64,000 nt of DNA. Origin: Ignavibacteria bacterium. GTDB taxonomy: Bacteria; Bacteroidota; Ignavibacteria; Ignavibacteriales; SURF-24. Position 1 is the first letter of the stretch. Each line of letters begins with the position of its first letter. Where the stretch lies: contig JAAXKQ010000015.1 in the NCBI GenBank assembly GCA_025612245.1, forward strand, positions 69,362-133,361, written 5' to 3'. Made by a program: the position numbers and the translations under genes. The notes under the pieces were generated by a model. It saw only the letters and a list, made by a program, of their open reading frames with translations. It was not told the DNA's origin and searched no databases. This document shows positions 42,369 through 52,072 of this stretch, one piece after another.

Positions 42369-42950
42369 CTACTCAATAAAATCTTTCAGCTTCTCGCGCA
42401 TTTTCCTGGTTGCAGTAAAAAGATATTTTTTAACCGTACCCTCGCCGCAGTTCATAACCCTGGCAATTTCACTTATTTTCATGTCCTGGAGGTGCTTAAG
42501 CGTAAAAACCATCTTCTGCTGCGGCGGCAGGCTGGCGAGTGCACCGTTAATGTTCTTTTTAATCTCTTCATCCATCAGTTCCTGATCTGCCGAAGGTCCC
42601 CCTTCAATCATATCCGAAAGCCTGAGTTCTGCCGGGTCATCTTCAATTTCAAAACTCTGGTCGATGGAAGCGTACTGGAATCTCTTGTTGCGCGCTTTGT
42701 ACGTAAGGCATACATTAACGGTAATTCTGAACAGCCACGTCGAAAATGCACTGTTACCCTCAAAATTTTTCAACCCCTTGTAGACCCTCATGAAAACCTC
42801 CTGGTAAATGTCCTTTGCATCCTCACTGCTGTGCCTGTAGGATGCGGCAATGGCAAGCACCTGACGGTCGTAACGCGCCACCAGAGCCTCAAATGCCTGC
42901 ATATTGCCGTTTACGGCTTCTTTTACTAAAAGGTTTTCTTCCTGATGCAT
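42369..42950 (-). CDS. ECF-type RNA polymerase sigma-70 family factor
   Basis: Region 2 (AKDIYQEVFMRVYKGL) and region 4 HTH (ISEIARVMNCGEGTVKKYL). Confidence 0.85.
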   Translation of the reverse strand: MHQEENLLVKEAVNGNMQAFEALVARYDRQVLAIAASYRHSSEDAKDIYQEVFMRVYKGLKNFEGNSAFSTWLFRITVNVCLTYKARNKRFQYASIDQSFEIEDDPAELRLSDMIEGGPSADQELMDEEIKKNINGALASLPPQQKMVFTLKHLQDMKISEIARVMNCGEGTVKKYLFTATRKMREKLKDFIE

Positions 42951-43026
42951 CTTTATTAAATTATTATTCGGCCTACATTTATTTAGACTAGAGAATCTGG
43001 AAAAGGTTGTACGGAAAAAGAATAAA

Positions 43027-43128
43027 TAAATTAAAAATAGGAAGATGGGAAATTAAAAAGGAAAAATTAAAAAGGGAAGATTGGGAATTAAAAAGGAAAA
43101 ATTAAAAAGGGAAGATTAGAGAGGGAGG
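43027..43128. repeat. 35-bp A-tract-rich tandem repeat (about 2.5 units) in a divergent promoter region
   Basis: gaagatgggaaattaaaaaggaaaaattaaaaagg at 43041-75 and gaagattgggaattaaaaaggaaaaattaaaaagg at 43076-110, with partial units either side. Confidence 0.7.
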
Positions 43129-43253
43129 AGTGGCGCTTATACTACGCCAGCGGCTCGGATAGAACTTTTCCGCCGCCCCGGACGTCAAAAAATAGGTTGA
43201 ATATACTTATATTTCATTCATAAAATTTTTCCTTCACTAAACAGGACAGGCTT

Positions 43254-45374
43254 ATGAAACTAACCCTTCTACTATTGTTTTCTTCAACATTACTCATTGG
43301 AAGCACTATGGCACAGGAGAAAAATCCATTTTTTTCGGAGTACGATACTCCGTTCAAGGTTCCTCCTTTCAATAAAATAAAGGAAGAACACTATCTGCCC
43401 GCCTTCAAAGAAGGCATTAAACAGCACGAGAAGGAAATTGAGGCTATTACAAATAATACAGCGGAGCCTAATTTCGAAAACACGATCCTCGCCCTTGAAA
43501 GAAGCGGCTCTCTGCTTACTAAGGTAGGCAACGTATATTTTAACGCCATGAATACCCAGATTTCAGACAATATTCTGGAGATATCCAGGGAAATTACTCC
43601 CCTTATGGCAAAGCATAGCGACGACATTAACCTGAATGAAAAACTTTTCCAGAGGGTTAAGGCGGTTTACTCAAAAAAGGATAACCTGAACCTGAATACC
43701 GAACAGAATAAGCTGCTTGAGAAAACTTATAAGGATTTTGTAAGAGGCGGCGCTAACCTGGACGCTATGAAAAAAGAAGAGTTCAGGAAAATTAATACCG
43801 AACTCTCCATGCTCGAACTGAAATTCGGCGAAAATGTCTTAAAGGAAAACAACTCCTTCGAGCTGGTGCTGGATAAAAAGGAAGACCTTGCGGGCCTCCC
43901 CGAATCTGTAATTGCTTCGGCTGCACAGGCCGCTAAAGAACGCGGCAAGGATGGTAAATGGGTCTTTACACTTCATGTGCCGAGCATTATGCCTTTCCTC
44001 CAGTATTCCGAAAGACGCGACCTCAGGGAAAAAATTTATAAGGCTTACATAAATAAAGGCGATAATAATAACGAACTCGATAACAAGTCCGTCCTTTCCA
44101 AAATTGCTTCCCTCAGGGTTAAAAGAGCAAACCTCCTGGGCTATAAATCTCATGCCGATTACGTCCTGGAGGAAAATATGGCAAAAACACCCAAAAACGT
44201 CTATAAACTCCTCGAACAGCTCTGGACCCCCGCCCTGCAAAGAGCTAAAATGGAGGCTTCCGACCTGCAGAAAATGGCTGAAAAAGACGGACAGAATTTC
44301 AAACTGGCCGCATGGGACTGGTGGTATTACGCCGAGAAGCTGAGAAAAGAAAAGTACGCACTGGACGACGAAACCCTCAGACCTTATTTTAAGCTCGAAA
44401 ACGTACGCCAGGGCGCTTTTGACGTGGCTCATAAACTCTACGGCATCACTTTTACTGAAAGAAAGGACCTGCCCGTATATAATAAAGATGTAAAAGCCTT
44501 TGAAGTTAAAGACGCCGACGGCAGCCACCTGGGCATACTTTATGTGGATTACTTCCCGAGAGCCGATAAAAGATCGGGCGCATGGATGAACTCTTACAGG
44601 GATGAATCTAAAGACGGCGAAAAAATTACCCCAATTGTCGTTAATGCTTTTAACTTTACCGCCCCCGCAGGCGATAAGCCCGCACTGCTTACTTTTGAGG
44701 AAGTCTCTACAATGTTCCATGAATTCGGACACGGACTGCATGGACTTTTGGCCAATACAACCTACAGGTCGCTTTCAGGTACGGCAGTGGCTAGGGATTT
44801 CGTTGAACTCCCGTCACAGATCATGGAAAACTGGGCCGGAGAACCTGAAGTCCTGAAATCATTCGCAAAACACTACCAGTCCGGAGAGACAATTCCCGAC
44901 GAACTGATAGAGAAAATTAAAAACGCAAGCCTTTTTAACCAGGGATTTGCAACAGTTGAATACCTCGCAGCTTCAATACTGGACATGGACTGGCATACGC
45001 TGACTGACACAGTACAGGTTGACGCTAAAACCCTTGAAGAAAAAACAGTAAATAGAATAGGCCTCATTCCAGAAATAGCTTTCAGGTACAGAAGCACATA
45101 CTTCTCGCACATTTTTGACGGTGGGTATTCCTCAGGCTATTACAGCTATATATGGGCCGAAGTACTCGACAGCGACGCATTTGAAGCTTTCAAGGAAAAA
45201 GGACTATTTGACCCTGCAACGGCAAAAGCCTTCAGGGACAACGTACTTTCTCTCGGCGGTACGGAAGAACCCATGGTTCTCTACAAACGCTTCCGCGGCG
45301 CCGACCCCTCAATTGAGCCCCTGTTAAAAAGAAGAGGCCTCATTACAGATAAAACAAAAGTGGGACTTAAATAA
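43254..45374 (+). CDS. M3 family metallopeptidase (peptidyl-dipeptidase Dcp / oligopeptidase A-like)
   Basis: HEFGH zinc motif with downstream Glu. 706 aa with signal peptide. Confidence 0.85.
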   Translation: MKLTLLLLFSSTLLIGSTMAQEKNPFFSEYDTPFKVPPFNKIKEEHYLPAFKEGIKQHEKEIEAITNNTAEPNFENTILALERSGSLLTKVGNVYFNAMNTQISDNILEISREITPLMAKHSDDINLNEKLFQRVKAVYSKKDNLNLNTEQNKLLEKTYKDFVRGGANLDAMKKEEFRKINTELSMLELKFGENVLKENNSFELVLDKKEDLAGLPESVIASAAQAAKERGKDGKWVFTLHVPSIMPFLQYSERRDLREKIYKAYINKGDNNNELDNKSVLSKIASLRVKRANLLGYKSHADYVLEENMAKTPKNVYKLLEQLWTPALQRAKMEASDLQKMAEKDGQNFKLAAWDWWYYAEKLRKEKYALDDETLRPYFKLENVRQGAFDVAHKLYGITFTERKDLPVYNKDVKAFEVKDADGSHLGILYVDYFPRADKRSGAWMNSYRDESKDGEKITPIVVNAFNFTAPAGDKPALLTFEEVSTMFHEFGHGLHGLLANTTYRSLSGTAVARDFVELPSQIMENWAGEPEVLKSFAKHYQSGETIPDELIEKIKNASLFNQGFATVEYLAASILDMDWHTLTDTVQVDAKTLEEKTVNRIGLIPEIAFRYRSTYFSHIFDGGYSSGYYSYIWAEVLDSDAFEAFKEKGLFDPATAKAFRDNVLSLGGTEEPMVLYKRFRGADPSIEPLLKRRGLITDKTKVGLK

Positions 45375-45517
45375 CCCTGCCCACAGTCTCCGGCACTCCC
45401 GGACAATGTATTTAGTATCATCCAGTCAGGCGGGCCCGTCCCGCCTGATCCAATCCCGCGTCCCTCTCTGCCATTAAAACTCCGGCTTTAATACTAATCA
45501 CTCTTCACTTTTCCCCT

Positions 45518-45985
45518 CTACTTCGCGTGCATCTCCCTTATTATAAGATCGCTCGTACAATTCGGACAGCGCGTTGCATGCTCGTCAATGGTCGAAAAAC
45601 AATACGGACACTTCTTTACCACGGCCGCCGGAGCTTTGGCTTCCTCTTTCTCCATCCTCTTTAATGCCTTTACTATCATAAATACCGCAAAGGCCACAAT
45701 CAGAAATCCTATTACCGTATTGATGAATAACCCGATATTCATTGTTACGGCGCCCGCTTTTAATGCCTGATCAATCGTGAAATACGGCCCCGGTGTAGTG
45801 CCTTCCTTAAGGACTATAAACCAGTTCGAAAAATCCACCCTCCCCAGCAACAGCCCTATCGGCGGCATGAGAATATCTTTAACCAGCGACTGGACAACAA
45901 CTCCGAAGGCAATACCCAGAATGATGCCTATGGCCAGGTCCACCATATTTCCCTTCAGAGCAAATGCCTTGAATTCCTTTAACAT
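45518..45985 (-). CDS. mscL: large-conductance mechanosensitive channel MscL with C-terminal CxxC...CxxC zinc-ribbon extension
   Basis: N-terminal [20 protein letters not shown] is canonical MscL. C-terminal [20 protein letters not shown]. Confidence 0.85.
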   Translation of the reverse strand: MLKEFKAFALKGNMVDLAIGIILGIAFGVVVQSLVKDILMPPIGLLLGRVDFSNWFIVLKEGTTPGPYFTIDQALKAGAVTMNIGLFINTVIGFLIVAFAVFMIVKALKRMEKEEAKAPAAVVKKCPYCFSTIDEHATRCPNCTSDLIIREMHAK

Positions 45986-46187
45986 AAGTCCCTCCTTCTT
46001 TGGAGTTTTTAGCTTTGTAATAAAACCATTAAATGTTAAACGAAATACAGGAAATGAACCGGTTCTGTTATATGATACTAAAACAGGAATGGCCGGAGGA
46101 CCAGGGATTTGGCCCCCGTGTCCGGCAATAGAATTTTATTATTTAATTTTTCAATTGAAAGATAAAAAACAAGGGAGAGTTCTTTTT

Positions 46188-46787
46188 TCAGCAGAAAACA
46201 TTCTTTTTAAGCAGATCCTCTTTAAGCTGCTCCGCATTAAGAAAGCGTATGCCGTCAATTCCCGCCAGGCGCGCGTTATCCACGTTACGCTGATGATCGT
46301 CTATAAAAAGGCATTCCTCCGGCTTCAAATCAAGACGCCTTAAAAGCTCCGGAAAAACCGCGGGGTCCTTTTTCATCATCCTGAACTCATAAGAAAAACT
46401 GACTTTCTCAAAAATATTCAGGAACGGATGCACGGTCATTATGTACTCTATCCACTCCTTCGAATGATCCGAAAGCAGGTATAGCTTATACTTTTGCGAC
46501 AGGCTGTTTATAAGCGGAATTACACCTTCCACTTCTTCATGGAAATTCCGGCGTATGGCTTCCTTAAGTTCGGCCCGACTTATATTCCATCTGGCGGATT
46601 TTATAAGGTTATCTATATAGAAATCCTCATCAATTTCGCCCGTTAACAGCTCCTCGAATTCCTTTCCCCAGAAACTGTTAATTATCTCCTTTTCCGGGAG
46701 CCCCAGCGTTACGGCCAGCTCCCTCTCCACACCCAATAGCCCGTTTATTATTACTTCAGAAAGGTCAAAAATGAGATTTTTTACCAT
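46188..46787 (-). CDS. HAD-IA family hydrolase
   Basis: Motif I DLSEV (DxSxV variant), motif III K, motif IV DD (FIDDHQRN). Confidence 0.7.
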   Translation of the reverse strand: MVKNLIFDLSEVIINGLLGVERELAVTLGLPEKEIINSFWGKEFEELLTGEIDEDFYIDNLIKSARWNISRAELKEAIRRNFHEEVEGVIPLINSLSQKYKLYLLSDHSKEWIEYIMTVHPFLNIFEKVSFSYEFRMMKKDPAVFPELLRRLDLKPEECLFIDDHQRNVDNARLAGIDGIRFLNAEQLKEDLLKKNVFC

Positions 46788-47038
46788 AAATATTGCAGTT
46801 TAATGATATTGTGAATCCTTAAATATACGATTCCCTGCCGGTAAATAAAAGCCTTGCCTCCGGGTATGCAACTTTGCCTAAAACTGCCGCGTTAAATTAA
46901 TATGGGGATACCGTTTTAAGAGCAAATATTCAAATTTGTAAATTGATTATTGTTACAACAATTTTTAGATTAAAACCGTAAAGCTGCCTTGGGGCCGGCT
47001 TTTGAAGGTATATGATACAGAATGGGAAAAGTTGCAAC

Positions 47039-47383
47039 ATGGGCGCTATAGTATACTGGGCGATAATTCGCACGATAATTCTGATACCGGTCATTTGGGT
47101 CCTTAGGAGCTGGGTAGATTATCAGTTCTGGTGGGCAATGAGTTTTACGCTCATCTACGGAGTGATAATTCATCCTGCGGTAATCCAGTTCAAAATATTT
47201 GAGGAAACCAATAAAGATATAATTGAATCTACTTTATGTTCATCTTGCAAATATTTCGACAAGACAGCGGTATTATGTACAAAATTCGACCAGCACCCCA
47301 CACTGGAGAATCTTCCATGCGAAGGGATGGACTGGGAGCCACAAGTAAGCGAGTATAACGATGAAGAAACCGAAATCAAATAG
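47039..47383 (+). CDS. small membrane protein with C-terminal Cys cluster (hypothetical)
   Basis: Two TM helices, then CSSCKYF...LCTKFD...PCEG. Start at internal ATG 47039. Confidence 0.3.
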   Translation: MGAIVYWAIIRTIILIPVIWVLRSWVDYQFWWAMSFTLIYGVIIHPAVIQFKIFEETNKDIIESTLCSSCKYFDKTAVLCTKFDQHPTLENLPCEGMDWEPQVSEYNDEETEIK

Positions 47384-47621
47384 AAAGGACGGGCAAATTT
47401 CGGACGTTACTTTCTGTACCGCATGCGGCGAAGAGCTAAGGAATTATTCCATGACCGGCAAGGCATCCGACGGCAAGTCGGCCAGGGAAAGATTTCATAA
47501 CTGCCAGAAAAGCGGCAAATTTAAAGGCGATATGTGCGCCCGGCTCTTTATAGCCGACTTTAATGAAGAGGACCTGCCTAAGGACGAAGATATTTTCTTC
47601 CCTCCTGAGGATGAATCTTAA
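47361..47621 (+). CDS. small Cys-containing hypothetical protein (CxxC...C...C)
   Basis: FCTACGEE...HNCQ...CARLF. Overlaps the previous ORF by 23 nt in another frame. Confidence 0.25.
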   Translation: MKKPKSNRKDGQISDVTFCTACGEELRNYSMTGKASDGKSARERFHNCQKSGKFKGDMCARLFIADFNEEDLPKDEDIFFPPEDES

Positions 47622-48501
47622 GAAAAAGTTCTTTAAGAGCCTTCGTAAACCTTGGTCCGGGCCTGAGATACAGGTCGGGGTCCAGCACAATTATATTGTT
47701 GTTCTTAACTGCCTTAAGCGATTTCCATTCCGTGTAATTATTCCTTATTACGTCTCCGCCTGTATGTGAAGTGCCGGTTGTAAGAAGAAAATCGGGGTTC
47801 CTTTTAAGGATCTCCTCCCTGCTGTAAACCGGATAATTCTGCTGCGAATCGCCCGCAATATTAACTAGCCCCGCCGAAGTAAGCAGTCCGTTAATAAATG
47901 TATTTTTACCGGCTACCATAATAGGATTAAACCCAACAAAAAACAGACACTTTGGATGCTCAATGCGCCCTGCGGCCGTAGTAACAGAATCGTACTGTGC
48001 CTGCCAGAGACTAATGGTGCTGTCGGCCTGGCGGGCTTTCCCGAATATTTTCCCCAAATCGGCGTAAGTCTTCTTAATTCCATCAAAATTACGCGGATTG
48101 GAGACGAAGACTTTGAGCCCCAGGTTTTTAAGCTTTATATAACTGTCCTTGGCATTGCCCTCTACCGTAATAAGAACCAGATCGGGCTTAAGGCTGAGAA
48201 TTTTCTCATAATCTATTGTAAGCATGTCACCCACTTTAGTAACCTTCCGTGCCTCAGGGGGATAAGTACAGTATAGCGTATTGCCCACAAGACGGCTTCC
48301 CATGCCGAGAGAATAGACCATTTCGGTAAGATTTGGAGCCATGGAAATGATTTTTTTCGGAACATCATTAAACGGCACCACAATTCCCAGGTCGTCCTTT
48401 ACGGGATTAGATGATCTCACCTCCGGACTTTCATCCCTTTTTGCGCACGAAAACGCCAGCAATGAGGTCAGAATTACAATATGGAATAATTTAATTTGCA
48501 T
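47578..48501 (-). CDS. ABC transporter substrate-binding lipoprotein, cobalamin/iron-siderophore (BtuF/TroA-like, class III) family
   Basis: Lipobox LAFSCAK. Two Rossmann-like lobes with a backbone helix. GNTLYCTYPPEA... typical of BtuF-like proteins. Confidence 0.75.
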   Translation of the reverse strand: MQIKLFHIVILTSLLAFSCAKRDESPEVRSSNPVKDDLGIVVPFNDVPKKIISMAPNLTEMVYSLGMGSRLVGNTLYCTYPPEARKVTKVGDMLTIDYEKILSLKPDLVLITVEGNAKDSYIKLKNLGLKVFVSNPRNFDGIKKTYADLGKIFGKARQADSTISLWQAQYDSVTTAAGRIEHPKCLFFVGFNPIMVAGKNTFINGLLTSAGLVNIAGDSQQNYPVYSREEILKRNPDFLLTTGTSHTGGDVIRNNYTEWKSLKAVKNNNIIVLDPDLYLRPGPRFTKALKELFLKIHPQEGRKYLRP

Positions 48502-48556
48502 ACACTAAAGTAGAACTAAAAATCAAAAAGTGGAAGGATTTAGCAGCGAAAATATT

Positions 48557-48660
48557 AAGTTTTAAGTTTTAAGTTTTAGGTTATAATTTTTAATTTCCAA
48601 TTTCCAATTTCCAATTTTTAATTTTTAATTTTTAATTTTTAATTTTTAATTTTCCCCCCT
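48557..48660. repeat. cluster of AT-rich simple-sequence repeats upstream of the SBP gene
   Basis: (aagtttt)x3, (ttccaatt)x3, (tttttaat)x5, then C6. Confidence 0.8.
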
Positions 48661-48677
48661 TAACTTCCTCCTCACCC

Positions 48678-49346
48678 TCAAAACGAATACCCCACTCCCA
48701 GGGTTAACTGTGTGGTAGTAAACGACTGGTAATAATCACGCAGATCTCTCGGGCCCTCATCGAACCAGATGGAATGGCTATAGCGCAATTTCAGCTTTGA
48801 GCTGACAAAAAATCCACTGCCTTCGCCAAGCGGCATAGTAAACATTAGGAACCCGTTTACGCCCAGATGTGAAGAAGCTAATTTATCGTCAAGACTGGCC
48901 TGCGAGGAGCCCGTGGTCACCGGAGCGTCGAGCTCGAAAATCCTGTTTACTATAACGAACGAAGGTCCCGCGCCATAGGATAAATACCTGCTGATAGCGC
49001 CCACGTAAGCCAGGTCGAAATTATGACTTACGAGCTTAACATCGCCTCCTATTGTGGGGCCCTGATGCTCGCCGTCGGGATATGTTGTAACATTAAATAC
49101 ATTATCCTTTGTGATCTGGTGATAGCTGTAATCCAGCATCAGGTTAAGGCCGAAGAGATCCTCTTTCTGAAGAGTAAGTCCGTAAAGAATATGTGAGCGG
49201 AATTTATGACCGTCGGTTATAGGGGCGGAATTCTCCGAATTGCCGGCATAATAGCCGTAGCCCGCATTAACGCCTATCCTGTTCTGAGCAAAATAAGGGC
49301 AGGTGAAAGAAAGAATTACCGCAAAAATCAGAATATATTTTTTCAT
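48678..49346 (-). CDS. small outer-membrane beta-barrel protein (hypothetical)
   Basis: Signal peptide, alternating amphipathic beta-strands, C-terminal GVGYSF aromatic terminus. Confidence 0.55.
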   Translation of the reverse strand: MKKYILIFAVILSFTCPYFAQNRIGVNAGYGYYAGNSENSAPITDGHKFRSHILYGLTLQKEDLFGLNLMLDYSYHQITKDNVFNVTTYPDGEHQGPTIGGDVKLVSHNFDLAYVGAISRYLSYGAGPSFVIVNRIFELDAPVTTGSSQASLDDKLASSHLGVNGFLMFTMPLGEGSGFFVSSKLKLRYSHSIWFDEGPRDLRDYYQSFTTTQLTLGVGYSF

Positions 49347-49657
49347 TATTTCACCACCACTGTATAAAGAGTTTTTTTCGAATAATTGCCGCTCTCAATG
49401 CCTCTGGTCTCCATTGTCCAGAAATACAAGCCTTCAGGAAGCTTCATATCATTCGTCTGGATAGAGTAAGCCCCGGGAAGTTGAATGTCATCAACAAGTA
49501 AAGCCACGGTAGTTTTGTAGCTGTTTTCGATGGTTATCCTCACATGTTCCCTTTCAGTAACTTTGTAACTAATTGTAGTTGAGGGGTCGTCCAGGATGGA
49601 CGATTTGCATCCTGCAAAAGCAAAGACGAGCAATAATAACGGAATGGCCAGTTTCAT
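49346..49657 (-). CDS. small lipoprotein (hypothetical), translationally coupled to the downstream OMP gene
   Basis: Lipobox FAFAGCKSS. TAATG stop/start overlap at 49344-49348. Confidence 0.5.
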   Translation of the reverse strand: MKLAIPLLLLVFAFAGCKSSILDDPSTTISYKVTEREHVRITIENSYKTTVALLVDDIQLPGAYSIQTNDMKLPEGLYFWTMETRGIESGNYSKKTLYTVVVK

Positions 49658-49938
49658 AATTTCAATATCTCCGGTAATTATGCAATATTTTGATATTTAG
49701 TTCACAATATTACAAACAAATGTAAAAGTATCAAAATGATTTAGCAGGGGGTTTCGCGTTTTTTGGGATTTATTTGGACGGTTATGCAGGGGGGCAGAAT
49801 GCAGAAAATGGTCATTTAATGAATAATAAAACCGGGCAGACAGGAAAAATACGCAAAAAAATCAAAAAAGATATAATGGGACAAAAAAATACCAATAAAA
49901 CCTTTGGAAAAAAGTCGTTTTTTTCTTAATTTTGTCGT

Positions 49939-50011
49939 GCACCCTTAGCTCAGCTGGTAGAGCATCTGACTCTTAATCAGCAGGTCGCCGGTTCGAATCC
50001 GGCAGGGTGCA
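49939..50011 (+). tRNA. tRNA-Lys (anticodon CTT)
   Basis: Manual cloverleaf. Acceptor gcaccct/agggtgc, D-stem gctc/gagc, anticodon loop cuCUUaa, T-arm gccgg-ttcgaat-ccggc. CCA is not encoded. Confidence 0.9.
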
Positions 50012-50015
50012 CTGC

Positions 50016-50050
50016 TAAAAGCTTCAGTTTCGCAAGAAACTCGAAGCTTT
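50016..50050 (+). terminator. terminator after tRNA-Lys
   Basis: aagcttcagtttcgcaagaaactcgaagcttttttt. Confidence 0.6.
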
Positions 50051-50173
50051 TTTTATTTTAAACCTGACTTTATTCATACTAACCCGGATCGTCTCCGTCA
50101 GCATAAATAAGCCTCCTCTCAATCCCATAAATACTAAGGCCCGCCATAAAGACAGGCCCTAATGAACCTTTTT

Positions 50174-52072
50174 TTAATTTAAGCTTACCTGCGTACCCGC
50201 CTCTTCGGCAGGAGCTTCACCGCTTGGTCCGGCTTCAGCTCCTTTCGGCAGCTTATCCTTTATAATCATCGCAAGAAGAGTATTCACAAGCGAGTTTCCA
50301 TCTGCTCCGCTTCCGCTGCCTCCGGCTACAATGTCCGGAACAAGCTTAAATCCGCTCGTGGCTAGCGCCTTTGCTACTTCTATTGCCGCATAGTTGCCCG
50401 ATTCCATCGACTTTATCTTCATCGTTATAACGTCAGCTTCAGCCGTACCAACAGCCTTGATCTTATCTCCCTCGGCAGCACCTACGGTCTTTAATACCAT
50501 TGCATCTGCTTCGGCATTGATCTTCTTCGATTCTGCCGTACCGCCTGCACTCTTTACAGCCGCCTGCGCTTCAAATTCGCTGATCTGCACTTTACGTTCC
50601 GCATCAACTACCCTCGCCTGCGTATCGGCAAGTGCCCTTGCCTGCTGAAGCTCCTTGCGCGTATCTTCCGCAAGCCGCTGTGTATCGTAAGTAACTTTCT
50701 CCTGCTCCGCTATCTTGCGGTCCGTTAGCGTCTTCATGAGCTCTTCCGGCGGCACTATGTCGCCTATTAAAGTATCAACTGCGCCAACGTTATAATCCTG
50801 CAGCGCTCTTGATATGCTCTGCCTTGCGTCATCCTGACGCTCCTTACGGCCTTTGAGGAATTCAATTACATCAGACCCCTGTGCCGTATTGCGGAAGTAA
50901 TTGCCAATTGTGGGCTCAAGCACCTGCGTAACCAGATTCGCCACGCTTCCGAAACGCGCAATTACCTTCGGGGCATCGGTGCTTGGAATGTGTATAATCT
51001 GACTTACGTCAAGACTGAATGTAAAGCCGTCGGAGGAGCGGACTTTAATTGTTGAGAGCTTTTCATCAAGCTTGTGCGATTCGGTTTTGCCGGTAGCCCA
51101 GTTGAGTACTACGTTCGCTGTAGGCACAATCTCTACTTTATGAGTATATGGATTAATAGGATACTTTCCCGGATCAAGCGGCTTAACCCAAACACCCTTC
51201 TGTCCCCTGCTTACAAGATTTCCATGCTTGAATGTTTCACCCGTAACGTCCACTCCCATATCGCCCACATAGGCAATTACAACGCCCACGTTTGCAATAG
51301 GTACGGTAGTCATTTCTTTGATTTCTACTGTTGCAAATCTTGGATTGATGTAATAACGCCCGGCCAGAATCACCTGCTCCTGAAGTCCCTTGTAGCCGCC
51401 GTTATCGAGGAATATCTGCCCGTCCTGGAAGCTGTTATGCCCGGGTATTTCACGGCCTGCAATTTCTCCGGTCTGCAGCGGCAGGCCTTCGCGTGTAGTA
51501 ACAATGCCCACCATATTGTCATCAATTTCAAGCGCCGCTTCTTCAACAACAGTGAATAGTGAAGTATTGATGCGGTAAGTACCCGGCGGAATAATGGTAA
51601 TTTGCGGACCGCGTTCGCCTCCGTTAAGAAGGAAGTCGCGTGCGCTCTGGAATGAATCGCAGTTCACCTTCTTGGCAAGCACGCGTCCGTCCTTAAGAGG
51701 ATGACCGTCCCTTGCCTCAACGATGCCGATATTGCCTTCTTTGATGTTGATGAATTTCTGTTTGGTAACTTCATACTGCCAGGGCCAGAGCCAGAAATGG
51801 AGCCCCGGCGCAAGAGTATCTGCCTGGTAGCCGGCCTCGCCATTCAGTGCTATAATAGCCCCGTCGGGGAGCATGCGGTGTTTGCCCAGAAGTACGAACT
51901 TTTTATTAACAATGCCTATTGAGTCTTCAGGAATAATAACAATTCCGAAGAATCGTAAAATCAATTTGTTGGCTACTATGAGAAGAATAATAACTATAAT
52001 CCACCAGTAGCTGCCCAGGAAATTTGCCAGTCCCACGTTGCGGCTCCTATAATTGTGATAAAAATACGACAT
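50174..52072 (-). CDS. flotillin family (SPFH/band-7) membrane protein
   Basis: N-terminal TM, SPFH domain, C-terminal Ala/Glu-rich coiled-coil flotillin repeats. 632 aa. Confidence 0.8.
   Translation of the reverse strand: MSYFYHNYRSRNVGLANFLGSYWWIIVIILLIVANKLILRFFGIVIIPEDSIGIVNKKFVLLGKHRMLPDGAIIALNGEAGYQADTLAPGLHFWLWPWQYEVTKQKFINIKEGNIGIVEARDGHPLKDGRVLAKKVNCDSFQSARDFLLNGGERGPQITIIPPGTYRINTSLFTVVEEAALEIDDNMVGIVTTREGLPLQTGEIAGREIPGHNSFQDGQIFLDNGGYKGLQEQVILAGRYYINPRFATVEIKEMTTVPIANVGVVIAYVGDMGVDVTGETFKHGNLVSRGQKGVWVKPLDPGKYPINPYTHKVEIVPTANVVLNWATGKTESHKLDEKLSTIKVRSSDGFTFSLDVSQIIHIPSTDAPKVIARFGSVANLVTQVLEPTIGNYFRNTAQGSDVIEFLKGRKERQDDARQSISRALQDYNVGAVDTLIGDIVPPEELMKTLTDRKIAEQEKVTYDTQRLAEDTRKELQQARALADTQARVVDAERKVQISEFEAQAAVKSAGGTAESKKINAEADAMVLKTVGAAEGDKIKAVGTAEADVITMKIKSMESGNYAAIEVAKALATSGFKLVPDIVAGGSGSGADGNSLVNTLLAMIIKDKLPKGAEAGPSGEAPAEEAGTQVSLN

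Noticed and set aside
45425-45445. Hairpin caggcgggcccgtcccgcctg between the dcp and mscL 3' ends as a terminator
   Set aside because: Strong 8-bp stem but no flanking U-tract on either strand. It may be a Rho-dependent site or a stabiliser, and is not confidently an intrinsic terminator.
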